Below, piece by piece: positions 21,129 to 32,574 of a stretch of DNA of 64,000 bases (positions within the stretch are counted from its first letter, which is position 1; each line of letters opens with the position of its first letter). Source of the stretch: Acidocella sp. (GTDB lineage: Bacteria > Pseudomonadota > Alphaproteobacteria > Acetobacterales > Acetobacteraceae); assembly GCA_027451225.1 (NCBI GenBank), contig DAIDJU010000189.1:8289-72288 (forward strand), read 5' to 3'. The position numbers and the translations under genes are program-made. Below the pieces are notes generated by a model. That model searched no databases. It saw nothing but the letters and a program-made list of their open reading frames with translations, and was not told the origin of the DNA.

Positions 21129-22219
21129 TACTGCTTATCTCCCTCGCCCGGCTTGCGGGTAAAATGCTTCACGGCGCTGGCGCCTGCATGAGCAGCCACG
21201 CCGGCGAGCGCGGCGGCGGCGGCGGTGCCGCCGATCTGGTCGGCCGTGGCCTCGATGCCGAACCCGGCGCCGATATTGGCCAGACGCGAATAGAACGGCC
21301 CGTTATCCCAGAAATTCTCCTCGGAGCAGCCGATGCACCCATGGCCCGACTGGATGGGGAAGGACACGCCGCCATTCCAGCGCACGGTGGAGCAGGCGTT
21401 ATAGGTGGTCGGGCCCTTGCAGCCCATCTTGTACAGGCAGTAGCCCTTGCGCGCGCCCTCGTCGTCCCAGGACTGCACGAACTCGCCGGCATCGAAATGC
21501 GGGCGGCGGTAGCATTTGTCGTGGATGCGCTGGCCGTAGAACATGGCCGGGCGGCCGCGGCTGTCCAGCTCGGGCAGGCGGTCGAAGGTGAGGATGTAGG
21601 AGATCACGCCGGTCATCACCTCGGCGATGGGCGGGCAGCCCGGCACCTTGATGATCGGCTTGTCGGTGATCACCTTGTCGATGGGCACGGCCTGGGTGGG
21701 GTTGGGCTTGGCGGCCTGCACGCAGCCCCAGCTGGCGCACGCGCCCCAGGCGATCACGGCCTTGGCATTCGCCGCGACCGATTTCAGCCGCTCCACGAAC
21801 GGCTTGCCGCCGATGATGCAGTACATGCCGTCTTCGTTCAGCGGCGGGTTGCCCTCCACCGCCAGGATGTACTCGCCGGGATATTTGTTGGGAATCTCGT
21901 CGAGGATCGCTTCGGCGTCATGCCCTGCGGCGGTCATCAGCGTGTCATCGTAATCGAGCGAGATCATCTTCAGGATGACATCGGAGGAGAGCGGGTTGCC
22001 GGAGCGGATGAACGATTCCGAGCAGCAGGTACATTCCAGCCCATGCAGCCACAGCACCGGCAAGCGGGGCTTGGTTTCCATCGCATGGGCGATCTTGTCG
22101 GCATAAACCGGCTCAAGGCCCAGCGCCGCGGCCGTAAGGCTGCAGAACTTAAGAAAAGAGCGCCGGGATGTACCCTGCGCCCGCATCAGCTCGTAAAAAG
22201 TCTGAGGTTTATCCGCCAC
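21128..22219 (-). CDS. hyaA: [NiFe] hydrogenase small subunit, Tat-exported (HupS/HoxK/HyaA)
   Basis: SRRSFLK Tat motif, [19 protein letters not shown]-terminal anchor; GTG start after GGAGGGGGAG. Confidence 0.96.
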   Translation of the reverse strand: MADKPQTFYELMRAQGTSRRSFLKFCSLTAAALGLEPVYADKIAHAMETKPRLPVLWLHGLECTCCSESFIRSGNPLSSDVILKMISLDYDDTLMTAAGHDAEAILDEIPNKYPGEYILAVEGNPPLNEDGMYCIIGGKPFVERLKSVAANAKAVIAWGACASWGCVQAAKPNPTQAVPIDKVITDKPIIKVPGCPPIAEVMTGVISYILTFDRLPELDSRGRPAMFYGQRIHDKCYRRPHFDAGEFVQSWDDEGARKGYCLYKMGCKGPTTYNACSTVRWNGGVSFPIQSGHGCIGCSEENFWDNGPFYSRLANIGAGFGIEATADQIGGTAAAAALAGVAAHAGASAVKHFTRKPGEGDKQ

Positions 22220-22330
22220 GCTGATTATCTCCCCCTCCATCAATCGGAGCGGCGTGCAACGGCAAATATGGGCGCCGTATACCCGCCGGCATAAGTGGTT
22301 ACCACTGGCCCGCTGCCAGCCGCGATTGCA

Positions 22331-22344
22331 TTGATTCAGATCAA
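22331..22344. promoter_or_regulatory. FNR/FixK-type box upstream of hydrogenase operon
   Basis: Perfect TTGAT-TCAG-ATCAA. Confidence 0.85.
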
Positions 22345-22540
22345 TCGATCCAGATCGGCAAGCTTCGTCCTCATGGGGACGCTCCGCAGTTTTGTTGTGC
22401 AACGCAACATGTTCTGCATCCCGCGCAAAGCTGGCAGGCGGATTATGGTCCACCGCCTTATGTCCAAGCGGGGGCGGATCGTTTATCACCCCTGGCGTAA
22501 AGCGGCCTGGAACGGGGCGGCTTTAGAATTTTGTTCTTAG

Positions 22541-24076
<1,536 letters not shown>

Positions 24077-24085
24077 GACTAAACG

Positions 24086-24118
24086 AACCTCGCGCGGTTA
24101 ACCCCGCGCGAGGTTTTT
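24086..24118. terminator. Intrinsic terminator between convergent genes
   Basis: AACCTCGCGCGG-N6-CCGCGCGAGGTT followed by TTT. Confidence 0.8.
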
Positions 24119-25558
24119 CATGACCGCATCGCGCTGCGCGGCCTTGGGGCTTGCAGCGTCGATCCGGGTCCAGCCGATCTCCCCCGTCTCCCATTCGCGC
24201 TGCCGCCGCAGCACATCAGCTCCGGCATCCGAGGCATCCCCGCGCCTGGCATCGAGCCGCGCGATCAGCACCTCATCCGGCGCGTCCAGCCAGACGCCCG
24301 TAAACGCCACGCCCAGACGCCCCGCCAGAGCCGCGGCGGCCTCGCGCTCCTCACGGCGCAGAAAGGCGGCATCCAGAATCACGCTATAGCCGGCGTCCAG
24401 CGCCGCCTCGGCCTGGGTCAGCAGTTCGGCATAGACCTTGGCGCTCATCTCCCGCGTATAGGCGCTCTCGGGCAGGCGGGTTTCCGGCGGCACGCCGCAC
24501 AGGGTCTTGCGCAGCACATCACTCCGCAGCACCCGCGCACCGGGCGCCGGGGGTAGTTCGGGCGCCACAGCCGCCGCCAAGGTGGATTTGCCCGAACCGC
24601 TGACGCCGCCAACGGCCAGCAGGCGCGGCGTGGCCGGGCGCAGCACCAGCGCCGCCAAAGCGAGATATGTTTTCCCTTCCTCCCCCCTGCCCTGCGCCGC
24701 CAGCACATGGGCGCGGATAACCGCCCGCACGGCGATGAACAGCTTCATCGCCGCCATGCCATCGGCCTCCTTGGCGCGATCGAGATAGCGGTTGAACACC
24801 AGGGCGGCGAAGCAGCTTTCGCCCCGGCGCAGCAAATCCATGAGCAAAAAGGCGAGGTCGTAAAGCGGGTCGATGCAGGCGAAATCGTCCGAGAACTCGA
24901 TGCAGTCGAACAGCAAAGGCCGGCCCTGCCAGAGCACGATATTGCCCAGATGCAAATCGCCATGACAGCGCCGTATGCCCGCGCCGCGGGCTGTCAGCAG
25001 AGCGGCGTGAGCCTCCACCGCCACGCGGCAGGCGGCGTTCACCTCGTCCACCAGCGCCGGGTCGAACCCCGCCTTGGCGAGGTTCTCCGCATTGCCCTCC
25101 ACTACCCCGCGCAACAACGCCGCGCCATCGCGCGGGGTGCGCTCAGCCGCTTGGTGGAAAGCAGCGATATTATCGGTGAGGTCGCGCAGCAACGGGGCAC
25201 TCAGCCGCCCCGCCTTGGCCAGGGAATCGAAGATATCCGCCTCGGCGAAGCGGCGCATCTCCAACACATAATCCACCGCCTCACCCGGCCCATCAAACTC
25301 CAGCCCGCCCGATGCCGCGCGGGTGATGGCGCGGACCCGGCGATAAAGCTGCGGCGCGGTGCGACGGTTCAGCGCCAGCTCGGCCTCGCAAAAGGCCTTG
25401 CGCCGGACCGGTGTAGAATAGTCGAGATAGGAGAACCTCACCGCACGCTTGAGCTTGTAGGCGGTGCCGGCATGCAGGAAGACGATGGAGATATGTGTCT
25501 CCGCCCGGGCCTCAGCACCCTGGGCGAGGTAGGCTATGACCTCGTCCTGGTCAGGCAC
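24098..25558 (-). CDS. Aminoglycoside-phosphotransferase-like plus P-loop kinase fusion (Rv2004c-like)
   Basis: ETHIS, AYKLKR, CHGDLHLGN, FDCIEF; C-terminal GGVSGSGKST. Confidence 0.88.
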   Translation of the reverse strand: MPDQDEVIAYLAQGAEARAETHISIVFLHAGTAYKLKRAVRFSYLDYSTPVRRKAFCEAELALNRRTAPQLYRRVRAITRAASGGLEFDGPGEAVDYVLEMRRFAEADIFDSLAKAGRLSAPLLRDLTDNIAAFHQAAERTPRDGAALLRGVVEGNAENLAKAGFDPALVDEVNAACRVAVEAHAALLTARGAGIRRCHGDLHLGNIVLWQGRPLLFDCIEFSDDFACIDPLYDLAFLLMDLLRRGESCFAALVFNRYLDRAKEADGMAAMKLFIAVRAVIRAHVLAAQGRGEEGKTYLALAALVLRPATPRLLAVGGVSGSGKSTLAAAVAPELPPAPGARVLRSDVLRKTLCGVPPETRLPESAYTREMSAKVYAELLTQAEAALDAGYSVILDAAFLRREEREAAAALAGRLGVAFTGVWLDAPDEVLIARLDARRGDASDAGADVLRRQREWETGEIGWTRIDAASPKAAQRDAVMKNLARG

Positions 25559-27392
25559 GGTCCGTCCAGGGCGGGATCCTGGCGGCCAGCTCGTCCAGCT
25601 TGGCGCCCGAGATCGTCTCGTCCTTCAACAGTTCCTTCGCCGCCTCGCGCAACACGGGCATGTTCGCCTGCAAGATGGCGCGGGAGCGGTTGAAAGCATG
25701 CTCCACCAGATCGTGGATGGCGGCATCGATGGTCGCTGCCGTCTGCTCCGAGTATTGGCGCGGCCGCCAATCCGGCACGCCGGTGGGGCCGAGCAGATGC
25801 TGCGTCTCCGGCTCGTAGGTCATCTGGCCGAGTTTATCGTCCATGCCGAAGCGCACGACCATGGAGCGGGCGATGTCCGTGGCGCGGGCCAGATCGTCCG
25901 ACGCGCCGGTGGACACTTCGGGGAAGATCAGCGACTCCGCCGCCCGCCCGCCCAGCAGCACGGTCATGCGGTTCATCAGCTCGGCGCGGCTCATCAGGAA
26001 ACGATCCTCGCCCGGACGCTGGATGGTATAGCCCAACGCCGCCAGCCCGTGCGGGATGATGGAGATTTTCTGTACCTTGTCACTCTCGGGCAGGGCCATG
26101 GCGGTGATGGCGTGGCCCAGCTCGTGATGCGCCACCACCTCGCGTTCCTTGGGCACCAGCAGGCGGGTGCGCTTCTCCAGCCCGGCGATGATCCGCTCCA
26201 CCGCCTCGGTAAAATCCTCCAGCGTCACGGCCTCGGCTTGGCGGCGGGTGGCCAGCAATGCCGCCTCGTTCACCAGATTGGCGAGATCAGCGCCCGTGAA
26301 ACCCGGAGTAAGGGCCGCGATTTCCTCGGGCGAGATGCCCGGGGCGAGCTTCACCTTGTGCATGTGCAGATTGAGGATCTGCACGCGCCCGGCCTTGTCC
26401 GGCCGGTCCACCAATATCTGCCGGTCGAACCTTCCGGCGCGCAGCAAGGCGGGGTCGAGAATCTCGGGCCGGTTGGTGGCGGCCAGCAGCACCACGCCGG
26501 AGGAGGGGTCGAACCCGTCCATCTCGGCGAGGAGCTGGTTCAGCGTCTGCTCTTTTTCATCGTTGCCGCCGCCGGGGATCGCGGCGTTGCGGGCGCGGCC
26601 CAGGGAGTCCAGCTCGTCGATGAAGATGATCGCCGGGGCGGATTTGCGGGCCTGGTCGAACAAATCGCGCACGCGCGCCGCCCCCACGCCGACAAACATC
26701 TCCACGAATTCGGAGCCGGAGATGGAGAAGAACGGCACATTCGCCTCGCCCGCCACGGCGCGGGCCAGCAGGGTTTTGCCCGTGCCCGGCGGGCCGACCA
26801 GCAGCACACCCTTGGGGATATGCGCGCCGAGCCGGCCATAAGCGGCGGGGTCTTTCAGGAAGTCCACGACCTCCTTCAGCTCGGCCTTGGCTTCCTCCAC
26901 CCCGGCGACATCCTTGAACCGTACCGCCACGTCGCTCTCGGCATAGACCCGCGCGCGGCTCTTGCCGACGGCCAGCACGCCGCCAGCCCCGCCCATGCGC
27001 CCACCCAGCAGCATGTACCAAAGCCCGCCGAACAGCAGCAGCGGAGCCAGCCAGCCGAGCAAATTGGAAAGGAAACCCGGTGCCGGTTCACCGGAAAACG
27101 TGACCTTCTGCTTGGCCAGATCCTGCGCCAGAGCGGGGTCAACGCGGTCGGTCTCGAACTGGGTCGGCTGGCCGGGGGCGGCGTTCTTCAGCGTGCCGGT
27201 GATCTGGCTCTCGCCGACCATCAGATTATCCACCTGCCCGGCCTGCAACAGGGACTGGAACTGGCTGTAGGGGATGATTTTCACCTGCTGCTGCGCCTCG
27301 CGGCTCAATGCCGAGAACACCAGCAGCGAGATCAGCACCGCGGCGAGGACAAAGCCAAAACGTGAAACGTTGTCATTAGTCTCTTTCGCCAC
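25551..27392 (-). CDS. ftsH: ATP-dependent zinc metalloprotease FtsH (probably an accessory paralog)
   Basis: Two TM segments, GPPGTGKT, IIFIDELD, AATNRPE, HELGH. Confidence 0.95.
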   Translation of the reverse strand: MAKETNDNVSRFGFVLAAVLISLLVFSALSREAQQQVKIIPYSQFQSLLQAGQVDNLMVGESQITGTLKNAAPGQPTQFETDRVDPALAQDLAKQKVTFSGEPAPGFLSNLLGWLAPLLLFGGLWYMLLGGRMGGAGGVLAVGKSRARVYAESDVAVRFKDVAGVEEAKAELKEVVDFLKDPAAYGRLGAHIPKGVLLVGPPGTGKTLLARAVAGEANVPFFSISGSEFVEMFVGVGAARVRDLFDQARKSAPAIIFIDELDSLGRARNAAIPGGGNDEKEQTLNQLLAEMDGFDPSSGVVLLAATNRPEILDPALLRAGRFDRQILVDRPDKAGRVQILNLHMHKVKLAPGISPEEIAALTPGFTGADLANLVNEAALLATRRQAEAVTLEDFTEAVERIIAGLEKRTRLLVPKEREVVAHHELGHAITAMALPESDKVQKISIIPHGLAALGYTIQRPGEDRFLMSRAELMNRMTVLLGGRAAESLIFPEVSTGASDDLARATDIARSMVVRFGMDDKLGQMTYEPETQHLLGPTGVPDWRPRQYSEQTAATIDAAIHDLVEHAFNRSRAILQANMPVLREAAKELLKDETISGAKLDELAARIPPWTDRA

Positions 27393-27423
27393 GTTGGGCC
27401 TCCCCAGTGCCGCCGCGCGGCGT

Positions 27424-27891
27424 TCAGCCCTTCAGCTTGCCCGTCGCCACGGCGCGGACGATATCGGCGCGGCTGACAATGCCGATCACCTTGCCTTCCT
27501 TCAACACGGGCACGCGCTTGATATGGTGCTGCGCCAGCAAATCCACAATTTCCGCCACGGCAGTATCTTCGACGACGCTGACCACGTCGCGCGTCATCAG
27601 GTCTTCGGCGGTGCGCTTTTCCTGCTTCAGATATTCCACGAAATCGGGCGCCAGATCCTCGCCCTCGGCCAGCATTTGCAGCCACCAGGCGCGGCGGTCC
27701 TCCTCATGCGCGCCCAGCCGGCGCATCAGGTCCTGCTCGCTGACCATGCCGAGCAGCTTGCCCGCGGCGTCCACCACCGGGGCCGCGCTGATTCCATGCT
27801 CGGCCAACACACCCGCCACCTTCGACACATTGTCGAACGGGTGCACCACCACGGGGGTGCGGTTCATGATATCGGCTGCCGTCACGGTCAT
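27424..27891 (-). CDS. CBS-pair protein
   Basis: Two CBS repeats (ISAAPVVD..GMVS; IKRVPVL..GIVSRADI). Confidence 0.9.
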   Translation of the reverse strand: MTVTAADIMNRTPVVVHPFDNVSKVAGVLAEHGISAAPVVDAAGKLLGMVSEQDLMRRLGAHEEDRRAWWLQMLAEGEDLAPDFVEYLKQEKRTAEDLMTRDVVSVVEDTAVAEIVDLLAQHHIKRVPVLKEGKVIGIVSRADIVRAVATGKLKG

Positions 27892-27946
27892 TTTAACTCA
27901 TCCCTGTGTTTATGGCCGGACATTGCCACGCGCCGCCCGTACCGCA

Positions 27947-27960
27947 TTGATTTCTATCAA
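27947..27960. promoter_or_regulatory. FNR/FixK-type box upstream of CBS-ftsH-kinase operon
   Basis: Perfect TTGAT-TTCT-ATCAA, centre about 62 bp from CBS start. Confidence 0.85.
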
Positions 27961-27989
27961 CCGGAACGAGCGGACGCCAGAGACATTAA

Positions 27990-28132
27990 GAGACTGTTCC
28001 ATAAGCCTACTCTGGCGGCCGTCTGGTCGCGATTTTCTGCGCGCCGGTGCTCACGTACCTTAAGTACGCTCCGCTCCGGTGCTCGAAAATCACGCCCAGA
28101 CGACTCACCAGAGCGACTTCTGAAACAGTCTC
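27990..28132. repeat. 143-bp palindromic element, RPE-1-like / MITE-like
   Basis: Terminal inverted repeats GAGACTGTT/AACAGTCTC, central CGTAC-CTTAA-GTACG, open frames on both strands; second copy at 41216. Confidence 0.75.
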
Positions 28133-28136
28133 TGAC

Positions 28137-28503
28137 TTATAGGCCAAGCACGGCGGTCTCGGCCTCGGTAAACAGACGAGAACGGGTGAGGAAACGCTTT
28201 CCCGTACCGTTCTCCAGCGAAAACATGCCACCGATCCCCTCGACCACGTCGATGATCAGCTGGGTATGTTTCCAGTATTCGAACTGCGAGGGGCTCATAT
28301 AGAACTCCGCGCCGCCGATCTCGCCGAGCTTCACGTCGTCCGGGCTCAGCAGGTAATCGCCGACCGGATAACACATCGGCGCGGACCCGTCGCAACAGCC
28401 GCCTGACTGATGAAACAGAACCGCGCCGTATTTCGCCTGAAGCTGGGCAATCAGCTCCAGCGCGGGCTCTGTCGCCAGAACCCGCACTGGAACCGTGCCG
28501 GCC

Positions 28504-28523
<20 letters not shown>
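28137..28523 (-). CDS. DUF779-family protein
   Basis: [17 protein letters not shown], directly behind aldehyde dehydrogenase. Confidence 0.88.
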
Positions 28524-30036
<1,513 letters not shown>

Positions 30037-30116
30037 GTCTGTTTCCTCGTTATGTTTACGAAAGCGGATACGTCCTCCGGCCTGTTCACGTGGGACAGAC
30101 CTTGGCCAGCTTCAAG

Positions 30117-30131
30117 GCAAGACCCGTGCCA
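30117..30131 (-). promoter_or_regulatory. sigma54 -24/-12 promoter of aldehyde dehydrogenase
   Basis: Minus strand TGGCACGGGTCTTGC, consensus match. Confidence 0.88.
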
Positions 30132-30196
30132 AACTTGCCAAACACAGAAAAACCCTCGCCGACATGGAATATAATGCATGCTCCCAGGGCGATTTG

Positions 30197-30240
30197 CCTG
30201 TTTTGCCACGCCCCGAAATGTCACGCTGTACCAAAACAGG
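30197..30240. promoter_or_regulatory. Candidate enhancer for AcoR-like activator
   Basis: Inverted repeat CCTGTTTTG-N26-CAAAACAGG upstream of the sigma54 promoter. Confidence 0.45.
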
Positions 30241-30336
30241 ACAGACTGCTAATATGTTTGCGTTGGCGCCGTACCCAGGCCAACCTTTAAAACCGAAAGA
30301 CGCTGCACAATAAAGCAAGAAGCGTCCAACAAAACC

Positions 30337-32271
30337 ATGGGACAGGAAACCGCTAAGGCCATGCAGCCATTCTCACTATCCGCTAGGGCAGAAGCGTTGA
30401 ACCATTTTGCAGCAGCCCCCGGGGGCGTTGATCCCGGGGATATCAGCCGGTCCTGGCAGCGCTGCCGAACGGCCGGGCTGACGCCAGAGCAAAACCGGCG
30501 GGACGATCCGCACCTGACCCACGCCGAACGGCGCGTAGCCGCCGACCGGCGCGCCACGCTGGTGACGCAGGCGCGGCCAGTAATGGATTATTTCTATAGC
30601 CAAATCAAAGACTCCGGCTGCGTTATGCTGCTCTCGGACGAGAACGGCTATTTGCTGGATTCCGCCGGCGACGCCGATTTCTGCACCCGCGCGGCCCAGG
30701 TGGCGCTCAGCCCTGGCGCCTCCTGGGCCGAGGAAGCGCGCGGCACCAATGCCATCGGCACAGCGCTCATCGAGCGCAAGCCGATCGTGGTGACGGGCGC
30801 CGAGCATTACCTGCGCCACAACAACTTCCTCGCCTGCGCCGCCGCCCCCCTCACCGAGCCAAACGGCCAGCTCCTCGGCGCCATCGACATCTCCTGCGAC
30901 GCCAGGCGCTACCACCCGCACACCTTCGGGCTGGTGCGCGCTGCGGCACAGATGATCGAAAAACGCATCTTCGAGCTGAATTTCATCCACCAGACCAAGC
31001 TGCGCTTTCATATGTCCAGCAACTGCCTGGGCAGCCTGATGGAAGGCGCGGTGGCGATCGGCGAGGATGGGCGTCTTCTGGGCGCCAATCGCCCTGGCTT
31101 TGCCATGCTGGGGCTGAAACATGAGGATATCGGCAAGCGCGACATTTGCACCCTGTTCGACCTGAGCATCCCCGAGCTGATGTCGCTCGGCCTGCGCTCG
31201 CAAACCGAGGCTGCGGGCGTGCGGTTGCGTAATGGCGAGTTGCTCTACCTCACCGTGGAGCAGATGCGCGCACCAGTGATCCGCCGCCCAACCGCCCCGG
31301 TGGCGGACGCGCAGCAGCCCGACGCCCTGACCGAGCTGGACACCGGCGATGCCCGTGTTTCCAAGGCCATTGGCCAGCTCCGCCGGGTGCTGGGGCGCAA
31401 GGTGCCCATCCTGCTCAAGGGCGATACCGGGGCGGGCAAGGATTTCTTCGCCCGCGCCATCCACTCCGCCGGGCCGCGCGCCAACGGACCATTCGTGGCC
31501 GTGAACTGCGCCGCCCTGCCGGAGACGCTGATCGAGTCCGAGCTGTTCGGCCACGCCCCCGGCGCCTTTACCGGCGCGCGCAAGGAGGGCTCGCCAGGGC
31601 GCATCCGCGAGGCGCATGGCGGCACGCTGTTCCTGGATGAGATCGGCGACATGCCGCTGGCGATGCAGACCCGCCTGCTGCGCGTGCTGGAGGAAGGCAC
31701 GGTCACCCCCATCGGCGGCAAGCCGGTGCCGGTGGATTTCCTGCTCATCTCCGCCACCCATGCGGATTTCACGGCCCGCATCGCGGCCAAGACCTTCCGC
31801 TCCGACCTGTATTACCGGCTGAACGGGCTTTCCGTCTCGCTGCCGCCCGTGTGCGAGCGCACGGACCTGCCCGCGCTGATCGAGCGCATTCTGGCGCGCG
31901 AGGCGACCTCGCGCGGCGGTCCTCCCCCCACCCTCTCGCCAGAACTGGCCGAGGCCTTCGCCAGCTATTCATGGCCTGGCAATCTGCGTCAGCTCGCCGG
32001 CGTCCTGCGGACCGCCTGCCTGATGCTGGATGAGAGTGAGAACGTGTTGCACATGCACCATCTCAGCGAGGAAGCTCTGCGCGAACTCACCACCAAACGC
32101 CAAGCCACGGTGATGGTGGAAGCCGCGGGCTCCACGCTGCGGGAACAGTCGGACGCAATGATCGCCGCCGCCGTGGCCGAGGCGGGCGGCAATATCGCCG
32201 CCGCCGCGCGCAACCTGGGCATCAGCCGCAACACGCTGTACCGCCGCCTGGGCAACGTGCGCGAGCATTAA
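30337..32271 (+). CDS. sigma54-dependent activator, GAF-AAA-Fis (AcoR-like)
   Basis: GTNAIGTAL GAF, GDTGAGKD, GAFTGA, FLDEIGD, WPGNLRQL, HTH LGISRNTLYRRL. Confidence 0.93.
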   Translation: MGQETAKAMQPFSLSARAEALNHFAAAPGGVDPGDISRSWQRCRTAGLTPEQNRRDDPHLTHAERRVAADRRATLVTQARPVMDYFYSQIKDSGCVMLLSDENGYLLDSAGDADFCTRAAQVALSPGASWAEEARGTNAIGTALIERKPIVVTGAEHYLRHNNFLACAAAPLTEPNGQLLGAIDISCDARRYHPHTFGLVRAAAQMIEKRIFELNFIHQTKLRFHMSSNCLGSLMEGAVAIGEDGRLLGANRPGFAMLGLKHEDIGKRDICTLFDLSIPELMSLGLRSQTEAAGVRLRNGELLYLTVEQMRAPVIRRPTAPVADAQQPDALTELDTGDARVSKAIGQLRRVLGRKVPILLKGDTGAGKDFFARAIHSAGPRANGPFVAVNCAALPETLIESELFGHAPGAFTGARKEGSPGRIREAHGGTLFLDEIGDMPLAMQTRLLRVLEEGTVTPIGGKPVPVDFLLISATHADFTARIAAKTFRSDLYYRLNGLSVSLPPVCERTDLPALIERILAREATSRGGPPPTLSPELAEAFASYSWPGNLRQLAGVLRTACLMLDESENVLHMHHLSEEALRELTTKRQATVMVEAAGSTLREQSDAMIAAAVAEAGGNIAAAARNLGISRNTLYRRLGNVREH

Positions 32272-32308
32272 GGAACACGCCCAAAAAATTCCGGGTTATT
32301 TTCAACTT

Positions 32309-32322
32309 TTGATTTGTATCAA
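32309..32322 (+). promoter_or_regulatory. FNR/FixK-type box with no protein gene downstream
   Basis: Perfect TTGAT-TTGT-ATCAA between convergent genes. Confidence 0.85.
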
Positions 32323-32356
32323 GGAACGGATCCGCGAAGAGAGGCATCTATTGGTC

Positions 32357-32419
32357 ATCCCAAAGCGGATACACTCCCCAGACTTGGCCCTGCCGCGAGA
32401 AATCGTGGCAGGGTTTTTT
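32357..32419 (+). ncRNA. Candidate FNR-activated sRNA, SuhB/MmgR (alpha-r8)-like
   Basis: ATCC/GGAT 5' hairpin, unpaired CACTCCCCAGACTT, terminator CCCTGCCGCG-AGAAAT-CGTGGCAGGG-T6; 5' end inferred from FNR -41.5 geometry. Confidence 0.7.
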
Positions 32420-32523
32420 CTTGGAGCACACCAAATAATAAGTTTTTATATCAGAATGTAATTTCTGGTGATTTTACCTTGATGTAACAAAAATTTTTGG
32501 TGCAGCTTTTCTCAAAAATCCGC

Positions 32524-32557
32524 AAAAACGCCGCCCTCTATATACGAAGGCGGCGTT
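32524..32557 (-). terminator. Intrinsic terminator of hemN
   Basis: AACGCCGCC-N13-GGCGGCGTT with T run on minus strand. Confidence 0.7.
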
Positions 32558-32574
32558 ACAAAACTTTCAAAACA

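Noticed and set aside
27274-28302. 342-aa ORF reading through the palindromic element
   Set aside because: Antisense to the CBS and DUF779 genes; openness explained by the element and GC bias
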